DNA from: an uncultured Pelagibacteraceae bacterium
GTDB lineage: Bacteria; Pseudomonadota; Alphaproteobacteria; Pelagibacterales; Pelagibacteraceae
NCBI GenBank assembly: GCA_902623785.1
Contig: CACNVG010000001.1
Span: 74,714 to 138,713 of the forward strand
Reading direction: 5' to 3'
DNA: 64,000 nt
The notes below the pieces were generated by a model. That model had not been told where the DNA came from. It did no database searches and saw nothing but the letters and a program-made list of their open reading frames with translations. Shown here in pieces: positions 42,220 through 51,052 of the stretch. How positions within the stretch are numbered: the first letter of the stretch is position 1; the number at the start of each line of letters is the position of its first letter. Both the position numbers and the translations under genes were made by a program.

Positions 42220-42684
42220 TTATTTTGGATAGTTTTTTTTGAGTATAAATTTGTTTAATACAACCCCAAAAATTATAATAATCACAGAGCCGGTGATGAC
42301 AGGGCTAATTAAGTAATCAAATGAGGCAGAACCTATTATAACAATTATCGGATTACCTCCAGCTGGTGGATGAGTGACGTTTAACATAATCATAAAAAAA
42401 ACTCCAAGACCAACTGCTATGGGAATTAAAATGTACTCTGGTAAAGGAATAAATGTTAAAGCAATTACTCCTACAGTAGCAGTTACTAGATGACCAAAAA
42501 AAATATTTTTGGGATGTGCGAAGGGGCTTTCCGGATAACCATATAATAATACCATAGTTGAACCAAACGAAGCAACCAGAAACAGTCCATAATTAGTCTT
42601 ATAAGTTAGCAGTGTTAATGCACCGATTGTAATAGCTGAAAAAAGACCAGCTATAGAGTTGTTGATAATTTTTTTAGTTTCCAT
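42220..42684 (-). CDS. HPP family membrane protein
   Basis: ASFGST, PESPFAHP-N---GH, THPPAGG. Confidence 0.92.
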   Translation of the reverse strand: METKKIINNSIAGLFSAITIGALTLLTYKTNYGLFLVASFGSTMVLLYGYPESPFAHPKNIFFGHLVTATVGVIALTFIPLPEYILIPIAVGLGVFFMIMLNVTHPPAGGNPIIVIIGSASFDYLISPVITGSVIIIIFGVVLNKFILKKNYPK

Positions 42685-43075
42685 TAGTTAGGCCTTTCTT
42701 TAAAGCATTGAAAGGTAAAAGTATACACTCTTTTCTACTAATATTTTTTGAGCTTATTAATTCCTTATATTGTTTTAAATTATTTGGTAAGTCAACTTTG
42801 TTTTTAAAAAATTCATTAGCACAATCACAAACTTCAATCATTTCTTCAATTTTTTTTCCATTTGAATTACTTGATAACAAATTTGCGGAAGCTTGGCAGT
42901 AAACACAATTTTTACCTTGATATGAAACTTTAGTAATTTTTCCTTTATTTATCTTAAAAAATAATTGGATCTCATCTCCGCATAGGGGATTTTTAGCTTT
43001 TGAGTTATGTGTAAAATCTGATATTTTTTTTTGAGATTTCGTATCAGAGGCCAGTCTTAATATTTTAAGATTCAT
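42674..43075 (-). CDS. IscU/SufU (NifU_N)-like protein
   Basis: NPLCGDEI, CVYCQASA, RKECILLP; ATG 43075 preferred. Confidence 0.82.
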   Translation of the reverse strand: MNLKILRLASDTKSQKKISDFTHNSKAKNPLCGDEIQLFFKINKGKITKVSYQGKNCVYCQASANLLSSNSNGKKIEEMIEVCDCANEFFKNKVDLPNNLKQYKELISSKNISRKECILLPFNALKKGLTNGN

Positions 43076-43194
43076 TTTGATAGTATATGAAATTGGCTTA
43101 AATTTGCTAGTTGATAAGTTATCCAACTCAATTCGGACAAAAATTGATATAGATTTTTGTTGTTAAAGATTAAGAATAATAATATTAATTTGTA

Positions 43195-44100
43195 ATGTTA
43201 GAGCTGAGAAATGAGAAAGTAGCTATCCCCATTGTACTGTTAGCTGGTATTTTGTGGTCTTTTGGACCCTTGGTTGTAAGACATATTGATCAACCAGAAT
43301 TAGTTCCATGGCAGTATCTTCTTGGAAGAGGTGTTACAATTTTCTTAATACTGAATTTATATTTATTTTTTGAAGAAGGATTTTCTTTTTATAAGAATTA
43401 TAAAAAAGTTGGAATATCAGGGTTAATTGGCAGTACCGGACTGGGTATCGCCATGATCACGTTTATTTGGTCAATAACAAATACCTCAGCTGCGATTACT
43501 TTATTATGTTTAGCGGCTATGCCTTTCATTACCGCGTTTTTAGGTTTTTTGTTTTTAAAAGAAAGAATTTCTCTTAATGTTTGGATTGCAATAATTATTG
43601 CTGCTATTGGTATAATCATTATAGCATTCGGTAATACAAACAAAGGTTCAATTTTTGGTCTTTTGTTTGGCATTTTATCTGCAGTAGGATTTTCAGTTTT
43701 TTCTGTGTCTCTAAGATGGAGACCTGAAACTCCAAAATTTACAACTGTTGCAATCGCAGGTTTGATTTGTGCAATCGTATCTATTGTTATATTGGTTGAG
43801 ACTGACAGTAATTTACTTTCAACGAGCCGTAATCAAGGTTTGTTTTCAGTTCATGGTACATTAGTTTGTATAGGATTAATTCTTTATTCATTAGGTTCTA
43901 GAATGATACCTGCAGCAGAACTTACACTTTTGTCATTGACAGAAGTAATTGGCGGAATTTTTTGGGTTTGGTTACCAATATTAGGAATTAATGAAGTTCC
44001 TACTAATAACACAATTATAGGGGGCTTTTTAATTTTTATCTCAATAATTTATTATAGTTTAATTATAAAAAATAATAGAAGATTTATTGCATTAAACTAA
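43195..44100 (+). CDS. DMT/EamA family transporter
   Basis: About 10 TM; FLKERI, LTEVIGGIFWVW. Confidence 0.87.
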   Translation: MLELRNEKVAIPIVLLAGILWSFGPLVVRHIDQPELVPWQYLLGRGVTIFLILNLYLFFEEGFSFYKNYKKVGISGLIGSTGLGIAMITFIWSITNTSAAITLLCLAAMPFITAFLGFLFLKERISLNVWIAIIIAAIGIIIIAFGNTNKGSIFGLLFGILSAVGFSVFSVSLRWRPETPKFTTVAIAGLICAIVSIVILVETDSNLLSTSRNQGLFSVHGTLVCIGLILYSLGSRMIPAAELTLLSLTEVIGGIFWVWLPILGINEVPTNNTIIGGFLIFISIIYYSLIIKNNRRFIALN

Positions 44101-45213
44101 ATGACAAATAAAAAAATTGTTAATAGTTGGAATGAGTGGGATCCGCTTAAGCATGTGATTGTTGGAAGAGCAGACGGTTGTTGTATACCAGCGCCAGAGC
44201 CAGCTTTAGATGCAAAAGTTCCCGAAGACTCAGATATGAAGGGTCAACACGGACCACGGACTAAAGATACAGTTGATAAAGCCAATCAACTTTTGAATGA
44301 CTTCGCTTCCTTACTTGAAAAAAGAGGTATCAAAGTTGATAGACCCGTTCCTTTAGATCACAATCAAAAAATTTCTACACCAGATTGGGAAGTTGAAAGT
44401 ATGTTTGGTTGTATGCCTGCAAGAGATATAATTTTAACAGTTGGAAACGAAATGCTAGAAGCCACAATGAGTTATAGATGTAGATGGTTTGAATATTTAA
44501 ATTACCGACCCTTACTTAAAAAATATTACGACCAAGATAAAAATATGAGACACGAGTCAGCTCCAAAACCACGGCTTACAGATGCTGATTATAGAAAAGA
44601 TTATTTGTCTGATAAGATTGGTGTAAAAAAACGACTTGAGTGGACTGAAAAAAAATTTTTTGTTACCACAGAAGAAGAACCATTATTTGATGCCGCAGAT
44701 ATATTACGATTTGGCAAAGATTTAATAGTTCAACATGGTTTTACTACAAACTTAAGTGGAATTGATTGGTTGAGAAGACATTTCAAAAATCACAGGGTGC
44801 ATGCTGTGAATTTTCCAGGTGATCCTTATCCAATTCATATTGATGCAACTTTCACACCTGTGACAGAGGGTATAATCATAAATAATCCTCAGAGAAAGCT
44901 ACCAGCAACACAAAGGAAGCTTTTTGAGGATAATGGATGGAAAATTTTAGACTCTGCTCAACCGGCTCACAATACTCCACCTCCATTATGCTATTCTTCA
45001 GTCTGGCTCTCAATGAATGTACTCGTTTTAGATCCAAAAACAGTTTGTGTAGAAAAAAGCGAAGTTTACCAAGCTGACCAGTTGGATAAACTAGGTTTAG
45101 AAGTTGTGCCGGTAGATTTAAGAGATGCTTACGCCTTTGGTGGTGGTCTTCACTGTTGTACTGCAGATGTATATAGAGAAGGGGATTTAAAAGATTATTT
45201 TCCGAAACAATAA
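44101..45213 (+). CDS. Amidinotransferase (glycine amidinotransferase/StrB1 family)
   Basis: SWNEWDPL, PARD, FDAAD, HIDAT, GGGLHCCT (Asp-His-Cys triad). Confidence 0.9.
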   Translation: MTNKKIVNSWNEWDPLKHVIVGRADGCCIPAPEPALDAKVPEDSDMKGQHGPRTKDTVDKANQLLNDFASLLEKRGIKVDRPVPLDHNQKISTPDWEVESMFGCMPARDIILTVGNEMLEATMSYRCRWFEYLNYRPLLKKYYDQDKNMRHESAPKPRLTDADYRKDYLSDKIGVKKRLEWTEKKFFVTTEEEPLFDAADILRFGKDLIVQHGFTTNLSGIDWLRRHFKNHRVHAVNFPGDPYPIHIDATFTPVTEGIIINNPQRKLPATQRKLFEDNGWKILDSAQPAHNTPPPLCYSSVWLSMNVLVLDPKTVCVEKSEVYQADQLDKLGLEVVPVDLRDAYAFGGGLHCCTADVYREGDLKDYFPKQ

Positions 45214-45966
45214 TTAATTCTTAGAAGAATTTTCAACATCAAGAGCTTCTAACTGCTGAGCGACCTCTTCATTGTTATTGACCTCTTCATTATTATTAGA
45301 GTAATCTGCATCATTGCTTTTTCTATTACTTTCTCTCATTCTTAATCTTTCCTCTTTTAATTTTTCTTGCTCTTCTCTTGCTTTTTGTTCACGATCAAAT
45401 TTTTCTTCCCATTCTTTTAATTTAAGGGCCTCAAGATTTCTTTTCTCTTGTTCTTTTTCATCTCTTAATTTTTGTTCTCTTCTTTTTCGTCTTGTTTCTT
45501 TTAATTCTTTTTGTTTTTGTTCATCTTCTCTTACTTTTAAATCAACATCTTTACGATTTTGTTCATCAGATTTAATTTGAAGTTCTTTTTCTTTATTTTT
45601 AAGTTCTAAATCTTTATTTTTTTGCTCTTCACTTTTAAATTTTAGGTTTAATTCTTTTTCTTTTAATGAATTTTCTTTAGTTTTTAATTCATTGTCTTTT
45701 AATTCTAATTCTCTTTCTTTAAGCTTTAAATTTTCAAATTTTATCTGTAATTTTTCTTCTTGTTTTCTAAAATTATCTTCTTTAGCTCGTAATTCTTTTT
45801 TTTCCAAACTAAGTTTACTAAATTCCTGTTTTTTTAATTCTTTTTCTAACTGTTGTTGCTTAAGTTTTTGATTATTTTTGTATTCTTTTATTGCACTAGA
45901 GGTAAAACTCGCGAGCTTTGTAAACGCTCCGTGCTCAATTTTTTTTCTTTTTTTTCTCTTAGGCAT
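45214..45966 (-). CDS. Charged coiled-coil repeat protein
   Basis: K/E-rich heptads; ATG 45966 preferred. Confidence 0.75.
   Translation of the reverse strand: MPKRKKRKKIEHGAFTKLASFTSSAIKEYKNNQKLKQQQLEKELKKQEFSKLSLEKKELRAKEDNFRKQEEKLQIKFENLKLKERELELKDNELKTKENSLKEKELNLKFKSEEQKNKDLELKNKEKELQIKSDEQNRKDVDLKVREDEQKQKELKETRRKRREQKLRDEKEQEKRNLEALKLKEWEEKFDREQKAREEQEKLKEERLRMRESNRKSNDADYSNNNEEVNNNEEVAQQLEALDVENSSKN
45262..45297. repeat. 18-bp tandem duplication (NNNEEV x2)
   Basis: GACCTCTTCATTGTTATT then GACCTCTTCATTATTATT, 17/18 identical. Confidence 0.85.
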
Positions 45967-46061
45967 TTTTTTTTTGACGCATTTAAGCAAATAAAGTTAA
46001 ATTCAACAAGATTAAATTTATTTTATTGTTTAATTTGAGTTACAACCAACAATAGAAACAA

Positions 46062-47339
46062 TTATTTTATTTTCTCAGGCTCTTCAATAGGCTCTGTGGT
46101 AGGGTTTAACTCCATTCCAACAGGAGTAATCGTCGTAGGAACTGCAACGAACTGCGAGTCTGGATTTTCCTCTGATGGTCTTATTTTCATTCTGTAAACC
46201 GCAAAAACACCAATTAAACAGTGGAATATAATAAGAAATACAAAAAATCCATTATTACCAACTAAACCCATAAGCAAAGAACATAAAAATGGTCCACTGA
46301 TCGCTCCTAAACCAAAGGCAAATTGCAAACCTGCTCCTGCAGCAACAAACTTATCTCTAGTTATAAAGTCATTGGTATGTGCAAGTATCAAAGAAAACAT
46401 TGGTAAGCTACATACGGAAAATGCTATTAAAAAAATATAAAACCATAATTTTGAAGATCCTAGCCCCTCTGGTAAATACATTGTTCCAACCGAAAAGATT
46501 GCAAAGAAAGCAAATAATGCAGCACCGAAAGTTGAATAAATGATAACTTTTCTTCGATCAAATTTATCTGAAATGTAGCCCACAGGATATTGAGAAATAG
46601 CACCTGAAATTGCTAACATAAAAGTAACTAAAGATATATCAAATATACTAAAATTCATTGAAGCTGCATAAACTGCCAATAAAGTAAATAATGCTGATTG
46701 AATTGTTCCGTAAAGAACAGAGCTTACCATCCCTAATGGTGATGATGAATATAATTCTTTTAAACTCATACTTTTAATTTTCTTAAAAGTTGGTGGCTTT
46801 CTTTTAGTTAATAAAATTGGCAGAAGTGCTAATGACATTAATACAGATATTAAAATAAATGGCTGAAATTTCTCAGGACTACTAAAATTTAATAAAAACA
46901 TTCCTGTCCCCATAGATCCATATAAAATAATCATATAAATAGATAAAACTTTACCTCTATTTTTATTACTTGATCTATCGTTCAACCAACTCTCAGCAAT
47001 TGTATAGATTGAAACCATTGAATATCCTGTAATTACTCTTAATAAGAACCAAGTTAAGGGATTTACAAAAATTGAGTGAACTAGTATCGCAAGCGAAGCT
47101 ACAGACGCAAAAGCAGCAAATACTCTTATATGACCAACACCTGATATGACTGAAGGAACAGTTCTTGCACCTATAAAGTAACCAACAAAATAACCAGACA
47201 TCATAAATCCAGTTGAGGCAAGACTAAACTCCTCAATAACCGCTCTAACTCCCAATAAAGCATTTTGATAACCGTATGCTAGCATAATTGCACCCATACC
47301 TAAAAATAATGCCCAAGAATTTTTAAATACTTTATTCAT
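46062..47339 (-). CDS. MFS transporter (YcaD-like)
   Basis: GHIRVF, ESWLN, RGKVLSIY, SDKFDRR. Confidence 0.88.
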   Translation of the reverse strand: MNKVFKNSWALFLGMGAIMLAYGYQNALLGVRAVIEEFSLASTGFMMSGYFVGYFIGARTVPSVISGVGHIRVFAAFASVASLAILVHSIFVNPLTWFLLRVITGYSMVSIYTIAESWLNDRSSNKNRGKVLSIYMIILYGSMGTGMFLLNFSSPEKFQPFILISVLMSLALLPILLTKRKPPTFKKIKSMSLKELYSSSPLGMVSSVLYGTIQSALFTLLAVYAASMNFSIFDISLVTFMLAISGAISQYPVGYISDKFDRRKVIIYSTFGAALFAFFAIFSVGTMYLPEGLGSSKLWFYIFLIAFSVCSLPMFSLILAHTNDFITRDKFVAAGAGLQFAFGLGAISGPFLCSLLMGLVGNNGFFVFLIIFHCLIGVFAVYRMKIRPSEENPDSQFVAVPTTITPVGMELNPTTEPIEEPEKIK

Positions 47340-47397
47340 AAACTGGCAGCTTATTATTTCTGATTTGAGACTAAATCAAGAAATTATTATGTCGAAC

Positions 47398-48258
47398 TTA
47401 TGACTTTTTTAATTTTAAGAAAGAGTGGGTAGCTATCGTTAATACAATTATAGCACCCCCTAGGATTGTTTCAGGTGTAGGCTGTTCTTTAATAATGAGC
47501 CAGACCCAAATCGGACCTATTATAGTTTCTAACAAGAAAAATAAGTTTACCTCTGCTGCTGTTATAAACCTAGGTGCTATAGTAACAAGGACGAATGGTA
47601 TAGCCACACACATTACACACATTAAAGGAACAATATAAATATCGTTATTATTCAGAGAATAATCTTTTACAAAAAGCATTGCAAAAAGAGCTATGATAAA
47701 CTTTCCAACAACTGCAGAGGGAACAAGGTTTAACTTTTTTGCTGATCTAATTATAACAGCACCCACTGCTAGACCCATGGCAGCAACAAATCCTAAAATA
47801 TCACCAAAAAAATTTCCTAACTTAATTGAGTCGTAAAAAATATATAGTGCAGCAAAAAAAGTTATAAAAATTGCTACCCAGGTTTTTTTGTCAGGATTTT
47901 CTTTAAGGAAAAATGACCCAAGAATAGCAGATAACATTGGTGCTGTAGCAATCATTATCAAAGTATTAGCAACATTTGTATTTTGGATCGAAACAACAAA
48001 AGCAATGTTGGTAACTGAAAAGGTTAAAACGTAGGCAAAACCATAATAGCCATTTGATCTTAATAAATTAAAAAATTTTAATCTGTAAATTAAAAGCATT
48101 CCAATAAAAACTAAAACAAACGGTATGATGCCTCTATAAAAAACCAAACTCCAGGTCTCAACATTAGATAGCCTAATAAATAAAGAGTCTGGTGTTATAA
48201 ACATTACAGCCACAAAAGCCATCAAAGACCCTTTTTTTTGGTCAGTTAAACTATTCAT
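47398..48258 (-). CDS. DMT/EamA family transporter
   Basis: TPDSLFIR, FLKE, LETIIGPIWVW; ATG 48258 overlaps the gshB stop. Confidence 0.87.
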   Translation of the reverse strand: MNSLTDQKKGSLMAFVAVMFITPDSLFIRLSNVETWSLVFYRGIIPFVLVFIGMLLIYRLKFFNLLRSNGYYGFAYVLTFSVTNIAFVVSIQNTNVANTLIMIATAPMLSAILGSFFLKENPDKKTWVAIFITFFAALYIFYDSIKLGNFFGDILGFVAAMGLAVGAVIIRSAKKLNLVPSAVVGKFIIALFAMLFVKDYSLNNNDIYIVPLMCVMCVAIPFVLVTIAPRFITAAEVNLFFLLETIIGPIWVWLIIKEQPTPETILGGAIIVLTIATHSFLKLKKS

Positions 48259-49181
48259 ACTCCAAGTTCTTTCCAAAAAGTTTTTGCTAGATTTTTACCT
48301 GATAGATCATAGTAAGTTTTTATTCCTGTGGGTGATGTAACATTTATATCACCATTAAGCTTTTGATCAATGAAATCAATTCCAGCAAAAAAAATATTTT
48401 CTTTTTTCAAATTTTTAGCAATTAAATTTGAAATTTGCTTTTCTACTTTAGTCAATTTTGTATTGATTACTTTCGCACCCTTACTCATATTGCTCAAAAA
48501 TGATCCTTTCTTTGGAATTCTTGAAATAACACCACATAATTTCCCGTTAATAACAAAAACTCTTTTGTCTCCATTATTTATTTTTGGAAGAAATTTTTGA
48601 CACATAATATGACCATTTTTTTTAACAAATCTTTTAATTAAATTTGATTTAAATCTGGTTAATAAATGAATATCATTTCCACTGTAACCATGAATTGGTT
48701 TTAAGATTACTTTTTTATTTTTTTTAAAAAAAGCCTTAATTTCATTAATGTTTTGAGTAAATATAGTGTTAGGCATATACTTTTGGTACCTAGATGAGTA
48801 TAACTTTTCAGAAATACTCCTAATAGATGTTGGGTCATTTATTATTTTAACCTTAGTTTTTATCGAGTCTAAAATATAAGTTGTTGAGATATACTCAAGA
48901 TTAAATGGTGGATTCTGACGAATGAGAATAAACTTACATTTTACAAGTTCAAGAGTCTTTTTTTTTAAAATTTTAAAGAATTTTTTTTTATTATAATTAA
49001 TCGTTATAAAACATCCTTTAGCCACCACTTTTGAATTAATAATTGAAAGATTTTTTGGTTCGTAATAGAAAATTTTATATCTTTTATTTTGAATCTCATT
49101 AGCCAAAAAAATACTGGTATCTGTTTCAGGATTTAACTTTGAAGGAATATCTCCTTGAATAGCAACAATTTTATTTGTCAT
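48255..49181 (-). CDS. gshB: Glutathione synthetase
   Basis: RQNPPF, SEKL, KPIHG, GDKR, INVTSPTG. Confidence 0.93.
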   Translation of the reverse strand: MTNKIVAIQGDIPSKLNPETDTSIFLANEIQNKRYKIFYYEPKNLSIINSKVVAKGCFITINYNKKKFFKILKKKTLELVKCKFILIRQNPPFNLEYISTTYILDSIKTKVKIINDPTSIRSISEKLYSSRYQKYMPNTIFTQNINEIKAFFKKNKKVILKPIHGYSGNDIHLLTRFKSNLIKRFVKKNGHIMCQKFLPKINNGDKRVFVINGKLCGVISRIPKKGSFLSNMSKGAKVINTKLTKVEKQISNLIAKNLKKENIFFAGIDFIDQKLNGDINVTSPTGIKTYYDLSGKNLAKTFWKELGV

Positions 49182-50466
49182 ATAATTCATCTAAATTTTC
49201 ATTTTTTGAAAATTTGCTAATCATATGATCTGCATTTGTAATTTTATTATCAATTACTTTTTGTAAGTGGTTTAAGAAGACTGTTTCATTATTTCCCTTT
49301 TTATTTAAAATATCTCTATTTTCTAATCCTTTTCTAGCTAAATTAAGTAGGATGGAAGACCAATAATATAGATCTTTACCCATTAATTGAGTGTTAAACC
49401 CTTTTTTCGGAGCCTCCAAATAAGCATTAATTATTTTGTCTTTATCCCACTTGGAAACTAATTCGTGAACTTCATCTAAATTTCCGTAAAGAATACCTAT
49501 GTTAAAAGCGGGTCCTGCACACAAACATTCCCAGCCACATGAGTCCATAGATCTTATCTCAATATATTTTTTAAGTCTATTTTCGGTAAAAATTGTACTC
49601 AAATGAGTTGCTAAATCTTCTTGCGCTGGAAGTCTATTATCAATTTCATCGATTTTTCCTTCCATAAAATCTTTAAAAATATATTTTTTACCGGAAATAT
49701 ATTGATCATTACGTTTTAAAAATAATATTGGAAAATTTATTACAAAATCTGCATACTTCTCAAAATTTAAATTTTCCAAAAATAATTTGGGTAAGCCGGC
49801 TCTCGAAGTACTTTGCCAAACTTTAGATCTATAAGATAAATAGTTGCTATTTTTTTTTTCAACAATTGAGGAATTAGCAAAAAGGGAGATTGCAATAGGG
49901 ACTATAGAATTTACTATCTTAAATTTTTTAATAAAATCTTCCTCAGAATTAAAATCTATATTAAGTTGAGTTCCACATGTTCGATACATCATATCTAAAC
50001 TTAACTCGCCACCTAAAGGCATATCTTGTGTCATTAGTTTATATCTTTGTTTCGGATTATTGGGAATTTCGTTTAATTTTGATATAGGATCAAATCCTGC
50101 GCTAACTATATTCATATTTAATTTTTTTGTTACTTGCTTGAGTTCGAATAAATAATTTTGTGACTCCGCGCATGCTTCATGCATATTATTTAACTTATCT
50201 CCAGATAACTCAATTTGATTCCCTGGTTCTAAAGTAATATTTCTTCCACCTTTGCTTAAAGCAACAATATTTTCTCTCTCAAAAACAGGATTCCATCCAA
50301 ATTCCATTAAAGCGGAAAACATTTCTTTGATCTTTAAATAATCAACTCTTTTGTTGGTATCTTTATTGAATAAAAACTTTTCATGCTCCACACCAATCTT
50401 AAAATTTCTAGTATTTTTTATCCCAGACTTAAAATATTCGATAATTTCTTTTTTTTTGGTAAACAT
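49171..50466 (-). CDS. gshA: Glutamate-cysteine ligase (alphaproteobacterial/plant type)
   Basis: IGVEHEKF, LEPGNQIELSG, MMYRTCGTQ, HLSTIF-E-RLK-YIE-R; ATG 50466. Confidence 0.92.
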   Translation of the reverse strand: MFTKKKEIIEYFKSGIKNTRNFKIGVEHEKFLFNKDTNKRVDYLKIKEMFSALMEFGWNPVFERENIVALSKGGRNITLEPGNQIELSGDKLNNMHEACAESQNYLFELKQVTKKLNMNIVSAGFDPISKLNEIPNNPKQRYKLMTQDMPLGGELSLDMMYRTCGTQLNIDFNSEEDFIKKFKIVNSIVPIAISLFANSSIVEKKNSNYLSYRSKVWQSTSRAGLPKLFLENLNFEKYADFVINFPILFLKRNDQYISGKKYIFKDFMEGKIDEIDNRLPAQEDLATHLSTIFTENRLKKYIEIRSMDSCGWECLCAGPAFNIGILYGNLDEVHELVSKWDKDKIINAYLEAPKKGFNTQLMGKDLYYWSSILLNLARKGLENRDILNKKGNNETVFLNHLQKVIDNKITNADHMISKFSKNENLDELYDK

Positions 50467-50488
50467 TTTTTTTGAAAACAAAGTTTTT

Positions 50489-51052
50489 TTAAAGTGAAGA
50501 ATATGGTTTTCTTGCAAATATTCTTTTCACCATTGGTGCAAATTCCTCTAACTTCATGCTTTTATATTCTGGATCAAACGAACATTGATCATATTTTTCA
50601 CAAAAATTTATTGTATCTTGATAATATTTATGATCTTTATATTTTTCTCTTTTAAATCTGTCAGCCCCTAGATGATGCGCGTAGTAATACATTTGAAATT
50701 CACCATGCTTTTCAATGATCCAATGTGTTTTTTCAGATACATAAGGCTTTAATACAGAAGCAGCGTATTCTGAATGGTTTAAAGGAGCTAGCTCATCACC
50801 AATGTCATGCAATAAACACGCAACAACCATCTCTTCACTTTCATTATTTCTAAAAGCTCTCGTAGCACTCTGCAAGGAATGCTCTAATCTAGTGATCTTA
50901 TAACCTTCTAAAGTTGTCGTCATTCTAGATAAAAAATTTAATATTCTATCAGCCGTCTCACCAACATACTCTTTTTCTAATTTGTCTAGAAAAAGGTAGT
51001 CCTCTTTAGAGCCGTTTTTCATTTCTGTAAAATTTACTTTTTTCATACTCAA
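50489..51052 (-). CDS. HD-domain protein, PhnZ/TmpB-like diiron oxygenase family
   Basis: LEHSLQSA, LLHDIG, NH, KH and D ligand pattern. Confidence 0.8.
   Translation of the reverse strand: MSMKKVNFTEMKNGSKEDYLFLDKLEKEYVGETADRILNFLSRMTTTLEGYKITRLEHSLQSATRAFRNNESEEMVVACLLHDIGDELAPLNHSEYAASVLKPYVSEKTHWIIEKHGEFQMYYYAHHLGADRFKREKYKDHKYYQDTINFCEKYDQCSFDPEYKSMKLEEFAPMVKRIFARKPYSSL

Noticed and set aside
43110-43165. DnaA-box-like TTATCCAAC and weak inverted repeats in the IscU-like/DMT spacer
   Set aside because: A single imperfect match in AT-rich DNA; no box cluster or origin context.
45262-45830. Repeats as possible CRISPR or mobile element
   Set aside because: They are in-frame coding repeats with no spacers, cas genes or terminal repeats.
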